A DNA stretch of 20,563 nt from the NCBI GenBank assembly GCA_016926735.1, contig JAFGOA010000024.1, positions 1 through 20,563 of the forward strand. Direction: 5' to 3'. Origin of the DNA: Promethearchaeota archaeon. GTDB taxonomy: Archaea > Asgardarchaeota > Lokiarchaeia > Sigyniarchaeales > SOKP01. Position 1 is the stretch's first letter. Every line of letters starts with the position of its first letter. The notes beneath the pieces are model-generated. The model was not told where the DNA came from, ran no database searches, and was given only the letters and a program-made list of their open reading frames with translations. Shown here one piece after another: positions 1-9,665 of the stretch. Both the position numbers and the translations under genes were made by a program.

Positions 1-200
1 GATATTTAATCTATCTAATAATTTGCGATGATAGTAATCATATAATTTTGCTAAAACTATCATCGACAAAATATTACAGTAATTCTTGTATTAAAAATTT
101 TATGGTATAAATCTAGAAAATTAAATATTTCTTACAAAAAATACATGATTATTAATACAAATAATGATGAAGGATTAAAAGAGAATTCTTTGTAACATTT

Positions 201-461
201 TTATATTTTTTTATTCAAGTTCTGAAGATATTGTTTTATAAAATATCTTTGACTTTTACAATATTCAGATTTTTGTTCATTTGTTAAATTAGAACAATTT
301 TTTAAAATATTTTGTAAATCTTTTGCAATTTCAAAATATTCAATAGTATCTTCCGCAAAATCGTTGATGTTATTGTTCTTAATAATAATATTTTGAAGAT
401 CAGAGTTTTGACCTTTATTTGATTCTAATCTTTCTTTGGATAATTTTGATTGTGAGCTCAT
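201..461 (-). CDS. hypothetical protein (86 aa)
   Basis: ATG-started ORF with a helical-looking C-terminal half (FAEDTIEYFEIAKDLQNILKNC...); no recognisable motif. Confidence 0.5.
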   Translation of the reverse strand: MSSQSKLSKERLESNKGQNSDLQNIIIKNNNINDFAEDTIEYFEIAKDLQNILKNCSNLTNEQKSEYCKSQRYFIKQYLQNLNKKI

Positions 462-851
462 GATTGGTAAAATTAATTTTAATTAGACATATTATTCTAA
501 TTGATATATCAAGAATATCTCTGTAACATTTTTTTACATATGTATTATCTATATATTATATTTGATATAAATCAGAATAAGACAAGGTTTTATGCTAATA
601 TCTATTAGCATTGATCTATTTAAAGATGATTATTAATCTAAAAATTTAAATAATAGTTCATAAGTTGAAAAGAAATATTGTAATTTTTGAAATGAAATAA
701 GCAATTTAGTTTTTATATTATAAATACAGATTAAAATCTAAAAAAAATAAGGGATTTTTTTTATAATAAAAAATTTTAATCGAACATTCGAATATCAATT
801 TTAATTATATATCTAATTAAATGTATTATATTAAAAAAAATCTTTTTAATA

Positions 852-2018
852 TTAATTTCTTCGTTTAGATTTTGGATATATTGCTGAATTTGATCTAACT
901 TCATTTTGTAAAAGTTTAAACGCTGAACTAGAAGATGAAAAGGTTTTAGCATTATATCTACTAATTAAATTTACTAATTCCTCATCAAATATTCTTACAT
1001 AAACCTCGATATTGGGGAATCTTAGATTCAATTTTGAGGTTAAATATAGAGAATCATCAAATTCAGAATCTCGTTTCCAACATATAAAAACCTGAGTAAT
1101 TTCTTCTAAATTCACGTGATCTTTTAAATCACTGAGAAAGCATGCGCATTTATTTATTATGTGTAATTGTGGATTCTCTGGAAAAACAATTCCATCAGAT
1201 TCATCATTAAAGAAATATACTTCTCTTTCAGCTTGTAATGATATATGATAAGCAATACTTTGAGTAAGATAATCACGTCCAATAACAATTGCTTTTCCTT
1301 TTTTATTTTCAGTCCATTTAATCACTTGATTCATAGACCATTTTGAAATGGAAAATGGATGAGCGTTAAGTGGGGGTTCTCTAATATATTCTTGAATATG
1401 ATCTTCAAAAATTCTTACATATATTGGACAATTTTTATTTAATTCTCTTATTTTTTCAGTACAAATAATAGCAATTCTAACATTGTTTATACAAATAAAT
1501 ACTTCTTTCACGTGTTCTATATTTGCAAATTTTAAATTAGATGTTTCAGTTGCATCTCCAATAACTACAGGATGACCACTACTGATTAAATCTTCAACGA
1601 GTTCTTCATCATCTTCTAAAACTACAAATTTATGATGATTTTCAATACAATGTTCAATAATTCTTTCTGAAAGATGTTGGTATCCTATTATTAATGTATG
1701 ATTGTATTGATGCTTTGAAAGTATTTTACATGTAATATTTGGATTATATTTTTCTAATAATTCACCAATAATAAAACCAAAAACAATCACTTCCAAGAGT
1801 ATTGGCCACATTAATGAATAAAATCCAGCAAAATCCCCTCCCTTTATAGAACTGCGTATTCCTAAAGAAATTAGAAAAATACTAAGAAAATTTTCTGTAG
1901 TTTCAGTAAAGAAAAAAGTTATAAATCCCATGAACCAAAATAAGAAAAGAAAGTAAAAAGCTGCTTTATATTCTCTTATTTTTAAATGTATATCAATTAA
2001 CAAACGAATTATATTCAT
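852..2018 (-). CDS. 2-TM + tandem RCK/TrkA-N domain protein (potassium-channel-like), paralog 2
   Basis: Two N-terminal hydrophobic helices flank a pore-helix-like segment. These are followed by Rossmann-type RCK motifs (NHTLIIGY...VVLEDDEELVE...VVIGDATETSNLKFANIEHVKEVFI) and a second RCK (KAIVIGRD...VYVRIFDEE). Confidence 0.85.
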   Translation of the reverse strand: MNIIRLLIDIHLKIREYKAAFYFLFLFWFMGFITFFFTETTENFLSIFLISLGIRSSIKGGDFAGFYSLMWPILLEVIVFGFIIGELLEKYNPNITCKILSKHQYNHTLIIGYQHLSERIIEHCIENHHKFVVLEDDEELVEDLISSGHPVVIGDATETSNLKFANIEHVKEVFICINNVRIAIICTEKIRELNKNCPIYVRIFEDHIQEYIREPPLNAHPFSISKWSMNQVIKWTENKKGKAIVIGRDYLTQSIAYHISLQAEREVYFFNDESDGIVFPENPQLHIINKCACFLSDLKDHVNLEEITQVFICWKRDSEFDDSLYLTSKLNLRFPNIEVYVRIFDEELVNLISRYNAKTFSSSSSAFKLLQNEVRSNSAIYPKSKRRN

Positions 2019-2085
2019 AATTATATAGTTATAATTTTTAAAATTAAAAAGTTTTTAAAAAAATCAAAATTATGAGTTTTATAAA

Positions 2086-3240
2086 TTATCTCTGTAAATA
2101 TATCGCAGAATTTGGTTTTACTTCTTTTTGCAGTAAATTAAAAACTGATTTAGATGACGAAAAAGTTTTTGCATTATACCTTTCTACTAAATTAATTAAT
2201 TCCTCATCATATATTCTTACAATAATCTCAATATGAGGAAATAGTAGATGTAATTTAGAGGTTAAGTAAAGAGATTTATCAAATTCTGAATCATCTTTCC
2301 AACAAATAAATACTTGGACTACATCTTTTAGATCTAAATGTGGTTTAAAATCACTAATAAAGCAAGCACATTCATTTATAATATGTAATTGGGAATTTTC
2401 TGCAAATACAATCCCATCATGTTCATCATCAAAAAAATATACTTCATGTTTTGGTTGTAATGAAATATAATGAGCAATTCTTTGTGCTAAATGATCACGT
2501 CCTATTACAATTATTTTACCTTTTTTATTTTTTGTCCAATTTTTAATGTTATTCATTGCCAATTCTGAAGTAGAGAATGAAAAAGCATTAAGAGGAGGTT
2601 GCTTTAGATATTCTTTAACATGATCTTCAAAAGCTCTAACATAGATAGAACAATCATTATTCAGAGATCTAATGTTTTCAGAGCAAATTATTGCACTTCT
2701 TGCGTCGTTTACACAAATAAATATCTCTTTTGCATATTTTACATTAGCAAATTCAAGATTAGGAGGTCTTGTGGCATCTCCAACTACTACAGGATACCCC
2801 CCAGAAATTAAATCTTCAACTAACTCCTCATCATCCTCTATAATAACGAATGGTTGCTTGATTTCCATACAATGCTCGATAATCCTTAATGCAAGATGTT
2901 GATATCCAATTATTATAGTGTGATTACGTTGGTGTTTTGAAAGTATTTTACATGTAATTATTGGATTATATTTTTCTAATAATTCACCAATAATAAAACC
3001 AAAAACAATTACTTCTAATAGTATTGGCCACATCAACGAATAAAATCCAGCAAAATCACTGCCACTTAAAGAGTTTCGTATACCTAATGAAATTAGAAAA
3101 ATATTCAGAAAATTTTTATTGGGTTCAATAAAAAAGTAAGTAATGAATCCAATGAACCAAAATAAGAAAAGAAAACAAAAAGCAGCTTTATATTCTCTTA
3201 TTTTTAAATGTATATCAATTAATGAACGGATTATATTCAT
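2086..3240 (-). CDS. 2-TM + tandem RCK/TrkA-N domain protein (potassium-channel-like), paralog 1
   Basis: Same architecture, colinear with 852..2018 along its whole length (e.g. identical DFAGFYSLMWPILLEVIVFGFIIGELLEKYNP); GDAT motif present. Confidence 0.85.
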   Translation of the reverse strand: MNIIRSLIDIHLKIREYKAAFCFLFLFWFIGFITYFFIEPNKNFLNIFLISLGIRNSLSGSDFAGFYSLMWPILLEVIVFGFIIGELLEKYNPIITCKILSKHQRNHTIIIGYQHLALRIIEHCMEIKQPFVIIEDDEELVEDLISGGYPVVVGDATRPPNLEFANVKYAKEIFICVNDARSAIICSENIRSLNNDCSIYVRAFEDHVKEYLKQPPLNAFSFSTSELAMNNIKNWTKNKKGKIIVIGRDHLAQRIAHYISLQPKHEVYFFDDEHDGIVFAENSQLHIINECACFISDFKPHLDLKDVVQVFICWKDDSEFDKSLYLTSKLHLLFPHIEIIVRIYDEELINLVERYNAKTFSSSKSVFNLLQKEVKPNSAIYLQR

Positions 3241-3377
3241 AGATATATAGTTATGATATGTTAGATTAAAATTTTTTCAAATTTAAAAAAAAAGATTGTT
3301 TTTTATTAAAATTTTTATATAAGCTCTTATGTACAAAATTCATAGCATTAAGTAGAATCAGAAAAATACTCTATTTT

Positions 3378-4232
3378 ATGGTGATATTTTATTCATCAAT
3401 AATTGGAGTAACTATCTTTAGAATTGTATCAGGATCCATATAAGGTGGTGATCAATTAGTATCTTATCTTCCAATTGGTAATTCTGTTATTGAATATTTA
3501 ATTGTAATTTTTGTTTTTTACCCTCTTTGTATGATCATTGGTTGTATTTTTGGATTATATGTAATGTATCCTTTCTATCTTTTTATTTACAAAAATATTA
3601 TTGGAAAAAACATGGAATATGGAATATATAATCATCTAAAAGATAAAGAATATAAAAATAAATATGATTTTTTTATTCCTTCTCTTATCGCAGTTAATTT
3701 TTCATTATAACTTGTGAATACAATCCCAGAAACAATCAAAGATATATTTTTATCTCGGGGTACTATAGATGAGGGTTTTACAATCATTAATACATTTTTA
3801 GCTGGTTTTGTGCTTACTCTTTTCCTTGCTTTATTTTTATATTCTCCTGTATGGTATTTTTTGAATTCAGGAATTGTTTTTTCCAATAAAAAGAAGGTTG
3901 ATGATTTTGTTGATTCTATAGAAATTAGAAGTATAAGGAATTGGTATAGAGCAATACTTAGAGGTTATGCCGGAATTGGGCTTGTAATAACATATCTTCA
4001 ATTTTTAGTAACTACCTTTAATAAGTTTGATGATGCAGATTTAGCAGAACAAATTATTTTATTAGTTTTTATAATTCCATTTCTTATCATAGTGGTGTTT
4101 TCCGGATTACCTGTAATTCTCTTTTTAGAATATACTAAAGAAATAAGATTTAAATATATCAATAAAATAACAGAGAAATTTAAAAGTTCTAATAAAGTGA
4201 ATCTAATAATGGATAAAATAGATAAAAAATAA
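3378..4232 (+). pseudogene. polytopic membrane protein gene disrupted by two in-frame TAA codons
   Basis: The frame of ORF 3714..4232 continues upstream as protein-like hydrophobic sequence: MVIFYSSIIGVTIFRIVSGSI*GGDQLVSYLPIGNSVIEYLIVIFVFYPLCMIIGCIFGLYVMYPFYLFIYKNIIGKNMEYGI...FFIPSLIAVNFSL*LVNTIPE. TAA codons lie at 3441-3443 and 3708-3710. The true start is uncertain. Confidence 0.75.
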
Positions 4233-4235
4233 ATT

Positions 4236-4883
4236 TTAAAAATTTTTGTCTATCCAATCCTTCATTTTTATTTTCCTTAGTTGTTCAGCCCAAAATATTT
4301 TAATATTTGGAATATCTGGTAGAATTTTTTCTTGTTTTAAATATTTATATAGCTTATCAACCGATTTTTCAATTAATATGGATAAGATATTAATATCCAT
4401 GTTTACATTAAAATTAAAATCTTTATCCATTTCATCTTTAATCTCTTTTATAATTATTGCCCATTTATTAATAAATTTTAAAATATATTCATCAAGTTTG
4501 ATATTATCATCATAATCAAGTATAGGAACTAAGGATTCATATTTATTTTTAGTTTTTTTAATCAAACCATACCATTCAAGATTTAATAAATGGTTTTCAA
4601 GTGTTTGCTTACCCCACTGATATTTTACATTTGATTTATATTCATCCTCAGATATTATTAAGGGTTTTGGAATAAAATTAAGCATATCATATAATTCCTC
4701 AAAGTTTAATGATGAATGAGATAATATTATTAAAATTTGTCTTCGCACTTTATTATCAATTACCCAAGGAATTTCAGGACTATCCCAGGGTTTATTTGTT
4801 GCAAAATCATACCATGGTTGAATATCATCTAATATAATTTTACCTAAAAATCTATATTCATTAAATTTTGAACTTTCTTTCAT
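4236..4883 (-). CDS. winged-helix (ArsR-like) domain protein, third gene of the suf operon
   Basis: IDNKVRRQILIILSHSSLNFEELYDML...KQTLENHLLNLEWYGLIKK resembles ArsR-type wHTH helices with an insertion. The gene starts 24 bp after the sufB stop on the same strand. Confidence 0.6.
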   Translation of the reverse strand: MKESSKFNEYRFLGKIILDDIQPWYDFATNKPWDSPEIPWVIDNKVRRQILIILSHSSLNFEELYDMLNFIPKPLIISEDEYKSNVKYQWGKQTLENHLLNLEWYGLIKKTKNKYESLVPILDYDDNIKLDEYILKFINKWAIIIKEIKDEMDKDFNFNVNMDINILSILIEKSVDKLYKYLKQEKILPDIPNIKIFWAEQLRKIKMKDWIDKNF

Positions 4884-4907
4884 TTTTTTTTCTCCAAATA
4901 TTTTTTT

Positions 4908-5867
4908 TTATTCCCCTAACATTGCTTCTATAAGAATTTGTATTGCCTCTTCTTCTGTTAATCCTTTTGCTTTTAATTCATCAAGCCACTTTTGAGGAAA
5001 TCTACCAAGGCTTGCCTCATGACTCACACTCGCTTCTGGATCTGTAGCTCTAATAAAAGGTCTTGCTCTACATATAGAACCTCTTCCTAATACAATTTCA
5101 TTGCATTCTACATGTCCATTGCATTTAGGAGCATTTCCTTCAGTTACACCATACATTAATACTTCACCTCCATTCTGAGCTGCAGCCTTCATTTTTAATA
5201 CACTTCTAGCATTCTCCCCTTCAAGAAAAATTGAATCTCTAATTCTAACGGAATCATTTTTTGTTCTTCCAAAAGCCTTTACAGTAGAACGGATTGTAGA
5301 ATCCTTCATAGCATAAATATCTAATAATATCTTAACTTTACCTACAGTACCTCGTGTAAGAGTAAAATTATTCTCAAAGATGGAGTTCTCTCCAATATAT
5401 ATTTGGGCTACAGGAGCAACTATAGCACCACTCTTTTCACCATGATAATGAGTCTCAGTATAGTTAAATTTACAATTCTTTCCAATATAAAAATGACTAT
5501 ACATTTTATGTATTAAACCGGTAGCGTTGGGAAAGCTACAATGTGCCTGTATAGTAACTTCAGAGTTGTCTTCAGCTATAATTCTTGGAAAAATCTCTTG
5601 AACTCCTGTTTCTTTATTTACACCGAAACATAAATGAACAGGATCTTCTAATTTAACACCTTCTTTTATAATAATATCTGCAATTATACCATTTTGTATT
5701 TCTTTTCCTTTTAGAATTACACCTTCAATTTCTTCCATTCCTTTAATTTTATTAAAATCCAATAATAATTTGGCTCCTTTTCCATGTCCGGGAAGAAAAT
5801 CCTTAATATTAATATTGTATTCTTCAAGACTTTTCAAAATTTCTTTGGGATATTCAATATTGCTCAT
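4908..5867 (-). CDS. sufB: Fe-S cluster assembly scaffold SufB/SufD family (short SmsB type)
   Basis: PVHLCFG, AHCSFP, ETHYHG, GHVECNEIV and VSHEASLG...L.AKGLTEEEAIQILI are motifs typical of short archaeal SufBD; ATGA overlap with sufC. Confidence 0.92.
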   Translation of the reverse strand: MSNIEYPKEILKSLEEYNINIKDFLPGHGKGAKLLLDFNKIKGMEEIEGVILKGKEIQNGIIADIIIKEGVKLEDPVHLCFGVNKETGVQEIFPRIIAEDNSEVTIQAHCSFPNATGLIHKMYSHFYIGKNCKFNYTETHYHGEKSGAIVAPVAQIYIGENSIFENNFTLTRGTVGKVKILLDIYAMKDSTIRSTVKAFGRTKNDSVRIRDSIFLEGENARSVLKMKAAAQNGGEVLMYGVTEGNAPKCNGHVECNEIVLGRGSICRARPFIRATDPEASVSHEASLGRFPQKWLDELKAKGLTEEEAIQILIEAMLGE

Positions 5868-6664
5868 TTAGATTCCTCCTCTCGAAAAATTCTGTCTATA
5901 TAATCCGAATCGAAACAACCAGTCTTTTCACCTTGAAACACTGTCCTTTTACAATACTCTTTTAGTCCTGCTTTTGCACAATATCTTATCATAACTTCAG
6001 GAAAAGTTGATGTTATGATTTCATCTCCTCTCCAGAGGAGTGTAGCATAATCAGAAACCATTCCAATATCCTCCCTGTGGGTAATTAGGAGAATTGTCAT
6101 ATTAAGTTCCTTTATTCTATTGAAAATATTTAAGAAATCTTCAATAACAATAAGGTCCAATCCTGCTGTAGGTTCATCAAGAATTATAAGTCGAGGTTTC
6201 ATAGCTATAGTTGCTGCTAATTCGATTCTTTTCCTTTCTCCACCACTCAGAGTCTCATCAATATACCTGTTTAAATATCTCTCAGGTTCTAAATTAACAG
6301 TTTTTAAAGCTTTAATAACATTTTCTTTTTGATTCGATTTATCTTTAATACCCAGTGATACGTACTTAAATACAGTTAAACCATCAATTCTTGCAGGCTC
6401 TTGCCAAGCTAATGTTATTCCCAATTTTGCTCTTTCTGTTATATTCATATTTGTAATATCTTGTCCATCAAAAAGGATCTGACCTTTGCTAATTTTATAT
6501 GTTGGTAATCCCATAATTGAATAGGCTAGAGTTGATTTACCAGAACCATTAGGTCCAATAATACTATGAATAGATTTCTCTTTTACGCTAAAACTGATAT
6601 TGTTTACTATGTTACATTTTTGATCAAATGTAGGGATAGTAACTCCTTTTAATTCTAACAGCAT
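5864..6664 (-). CDS. sufC: Fe-S cluster assembly ABC-type ATPase SufC (SmsC type)
   Basis: Walker A GPNGSGKST, LAWQEPAR Q-loop, LSGGERKRIE signature, Walker B IILDEP, ITH H-loop; translationally coupled to sufB. Confidence 0.93.
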   Translation of the reverse strand: MLLELKGVTIPTFDQKCNIVNNISFSVKEKSIHSIIGPNGSGKSTLAYSIMGLPTYKISKGQILFDGQDITNMNITERAKLGITLAWQEPARIDGLTVFKYVSLGIKDKSNQKENVIKALKTVNLEPERYLNRYIDETLSGGERKRIELAATIAMKPRLIILDEPTAGLDLIVIEDFLNIFNRIKELNMTILLITHREDIGMVSDYATLLWRGDEIITSTFPEVMIRYCAKAGLKEYCKRTVFQGEKTGCFDSDYIDRIFREEESK

Positions 6665-6865
6665 TTATATACTAAAAATAGTTATATTAGGTTAAATTTA
6701 AAAATATATAGTAAATAATAACTTTTTTCAATATTATCGATTCTTAGTGCTAAAAATAAAGATATCAGGAAATATCAAAAAACACAGAATCAATTAATAT
6801 AAATACAAAAAGGATTAGGGTTCTTGTATTAGAACCACAATTAAAATTTATTTTGCTAAGTTATG

Positions 6866-6952
6866 TTAATCAACTTTAGCTTTGCAATTAGAACATATAT
6901 GATTATTATTTTTGATTACTTCTCCACAAATTTTACATATTTTTACTTTCAT
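6866..6952 (-). CDS. 28-aa zinc-ribbon micro-ORF (or 5' remnant of a decayed zinc-ribbon gene)
   Basis: Manual translation gives MKVKICKICGEVIKNNNHICSNCKAKVD* (CxxC-x10-CxxC). A purine-rich AGAGGA lies 12 nt upstream (6965-6970, minus strand). Not in the ORF track. Confidence 0.55.
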   Translation of the reverse strand: MKVKICKICGEVIKNNNHICSNCKAKVD

Positions 6953-7119
6953 TTTGATATTTTATCCTCTTTTATATTCTTATATTAATTTAAAATTTTG
7001 AATAATATTTAAAACCCTTTGGAAAATAATTGAAATTTTAGAAATTGGTATTTGGATCTTGGTATAAAAAATTATTCCTAAAATTCTTAACCTGTTATAA
7101 TAAAATAGAAAAAATTATC

Positions 7120-7713
7120 TTATTTAATTTTAGGGATCAAAGCACCCGTTGTTTTTTTATATTCTCTATATTCATCTCCAAATCGTTTAATTAAATCATT
7201 TTCTTCAATATATATCATAAGTGGAATATAGATAATCAAAAAAATAAAAATAATCTCTAATATAAACCAAGAATTCAATAACAATCCTATAGATAGATAT
7301 ACTGGAATTTCGCCAGTAGATTGTGGATGACGAATATGTTTATAGATCCCACCATGCATTTTCCCCTCTCGAAGGGGAGTATAGGTCTCAGCACCAGCAT
7401 CCTTTACACCATTTATCATAATAATTGCTCCAAAAATAATTATTATTATTCCAATTATTAATCCTATCCAAAATACAGCAAACATATTCCATTTATTTAC
7501 AATTGGTAAAGGAAACCAAATCCATAATATAAGATTTATTACTGTCAGAATCTGTAAATATTGTGCAATTTCCCTAAGAGTTTTACTTTGATCCCATACT
7601 TTTATTCCATTTTTTTTTTCTCTTTTTGCAGGTTGTAGACTAATAAAATATAATGATGTCAATGCAATTGTAGAAATTAAAAATATTAAGGAATTTATTA
7701 TCTCAAAAACCAT
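7120..7713 (-). CDS. isoprenylcysteine carboxyl methyltransferase / PEMT family membrane methyltransferase
   Basis: Multiple TM helices, GGIYKHIRHPQSTG motif and C-terminal EENDLIKRFGDEYREYKKTT.ALIP motif. Confidence 0.88.
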   Translation of the reverse strand: MVFEIINSLIFLISTIALTSLYFISLQPAKREKKNGIKVWDQSKTLREIAQYLQILTVINLILWIWFPLPIVNKWNMFAVFWIGLIIGIIIIIFGAIIMINGVKDAGAETYTPLREGKMHGGIYKHIRHPQSTGEIPVYLSIGLLLNSWFILEIIFIFLIIYIPLMIYIEENDLIKRFGDEYREYKKTTGALIPKIK

Positions 7714-7939
7714 TATCTTATCGCTCTTTAATGTTATTCACAATATATTTAATATTTTTTAATATCGAAAAACAAAAATTACTATTTAAATATCTTTGAA
7801 AAAAAATAATTATTTTTTAGAAAATCTGTATAATACAAATTTTTTAATATTAATTTAATTGATATCGGATGTTAATTATATTATAATACTTAAATAAACT
7901 AAGAAATGTATTGATTAATTATCTATAACTCTATATAAA

Positions 7940-8791
7940 ATGAATGAATCAGAACTGAATAATAATTTATTTGGCTTGTTTAAATCTGAAAAACGCATTA
8001 AAATTTTAGAAAATCTGATTAAAAGTGATAAAAAATTAAATTTTAATAAGATTTCAAAAGATTTAGAGATAAAACCTTCAAATTTAGAATATCATTTAAA
8101 ACAACTAGAGGATCAAGGGATAATAACACATGTTAATAATAAATATGGTATTAATGCATATTCAAAAATAATATGGAATAATTTACAAAATCTGAGACAT
8201 TTAGAACCAAGTTTATCTTTTTTAAAAACCCATCAACTTCCGATAGATGATTCTGATTTACTTATAGAATTATTAACTTTAGAGATAACATATATACCTG
8301 ATTCGATATCATTGCTTACATTTATGAATCACTTAAAAATAAAAGATTTGTCAAAAATGAATATCGTGGGATTGTATAATCTAGAATTGGAAGAAAAACT
8401 AATAAAATTAGTAAATTATGAAAATAAAGATATTCAAATAACCAATACAGAATTAATTATGGATATTGATAATTATATTACTCTTGTATCCTATGATAAC
8501 TTTGATTATTATTTTAAAATGATTGATAGTGGTACTTTAAATGTATATATTTGTGAAAAATGTAATTTTTTTATAGGAATTACTAAAGAATTCGGTATAT
8601 TATGTCTACCAGATTTAGCGAATTTAATGGATTATCAACAATGTCTTGTTTTTTTAAAACCTAAAGCATTATCCTGGTTGAATAAATGGTATAATCAAAT
8701 TAAACAGAAAGCAAAGAGGATTCCCTTCTCTAAAAAGGTTTTTAAGAATAAAGAGGATATATTAGAATATCTCAACTCTTTAAAGGATTGA
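7940..8791 (+). CDS. ArsR-like winged-helix transcriptional regulator with C-terminal effector-type domain
   Basis: LFKSEKRIKILENL...LNFNKISKDLEIKPSNLEYHLKQLEDQGII is an archaeal wHTH. FLKTH..P and the C-terminal ALSWLNKWY resemble archaeal HTH regulators with a C-terminal domain. Divergent from the methyltransferase gene. Confidence 0.8.
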   Translation: MNESELNNNLFGLFKSEKRIKILENLIKSDKKLNFNKISKDLEIKPSNLEYHLKQLEDQGIITHVNNKYGINAYSKIIWNNLQNLRHLEPSLSFLKTHQLPIDDSDLLIELLTLEITYIPDSISLLTFMNHLKIKDLSKMNIVGLYNLELEEKLIKLVNYENKDIQITNTELIMDIDNYITLVSYDNFDYYFKMIDSGTLNVYICEKCNFFIGITKEFGILCLPDLANLMDYQQCLVFLKPKALSWLNKWYNQIKQKAKRIPFSKKVFKNKEDILEYLNSLKD

Positions 8792-8796
8792 TTTTA

Positions 8797-9360
8797 TTAT
8801 TTTAATTGTATTTTTTTTATAATTTTGCAAGGATTTCCTGCTGCTAATACATTATCAGGAATTTCTTTTGTTACAACACTCCCCGCTCCAATTATTGAGT
8901 TTTTTCCAATAATAACTCCGGGTAATATTATACTACCTCCCCCGATCCATGCATTTTCTCTAATATTAATTGGTAATGAAATTTCTATTCCCGATAATCG
9001 TTCAATAGGATCAATTGGATGTGTTACGGAATAAATTTGTACTGCTGGTCCAATCATTACATGATTTCCAATATTTACTCTATTTGCATCTAAAACTACA
9101 CAATTAACATTAAAATATACATAATCATCCAAGTAAATATTATATCCATAATCACATTGAAAGGGGGGTTCAATCCAACAATTTTTACCAAAATTTCCAA
9201 GAAAATCCTTCATAAATTCTATTTTCTTTTCTTCTTCTTCAATAGGAATTGTATTAAATTTTTGGAGCATAATTTTTGCTCTCTTTCTCTCATCCATTAA
9301 TTCTGGATTTAAGGGATAATAATATTTTCCTGCTAACATTTTTGCTTTTTCTGTTTTCAT
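8797..9360 (-). CDS. maa: sugar (maltose) O-acetyltransferase, hexapeptide-repeat family
   Basis: MKTEKAKMLAGKYY Mac domain, IEPPFQCDYGYNI, hexapeptide repeats WIGGGSIILPGVIIGKNSIIGAGSVVTKEIP and AAGNPCKIIK. Confidence 0.93.
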   Translation of the reverse strand: MKTEKAKMLAGKYYYPLNPELMDERKRAKIMLQKFNTIPIEEEEKKIEFMKDFLGNFGKNCWIEPPFQCDYGYNIYLDDYVYFNVNCVVLDANRVNIGNHVMIGPAVQIYSVTHPIDPIERLSGIEISLPINIRENAWIGGGSIILPGVIIGKNSIIGAGSVVTKEIPDNVLAAGNPCKIIKKIQLK

Positions 9361-9665
9361 AATAAAATTCTTTTTGTTTTTAGTTTTTAAAAAAAGATCT
9401 GATAATATTCTTTTTTCGTTATAGTATTAATTCTAGAAAATATTTGTATATAATCCTTGTTTTAAGAATTATTTTATCTACATTGATAAAAACAGTAATC
9501 AATCCAATATTTTTTCTCTAAGTAATTCTATCTCTATTCATAAAAATTTATATTTCTCTCAAAGTTGGAAATTTATTAACCAAAAATAAGATAGATTTAA
9601 AAATAGAAATTCTCATTATTGGTGTATTGATAGTTTCAATGAACATCAAAAAAAAATGATCTAAT

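Noticed and set aside
55-195. Open stretch NYHRQNITVILVLKILWYK...ENSL* at the left edge
   Set aside because: Preceded by several stops, with no credible start or motif. It may be a gene remnant but cannot be supported.
462-851. Possible ncRNA or operator in the 390-bp intergenic gap (e.g. CGAACATTCG at 781-790)
   Set aside because: Only short inverted repeats expected by chance in AT-rich DNA; no GC-rich stem typical of structural RNA.
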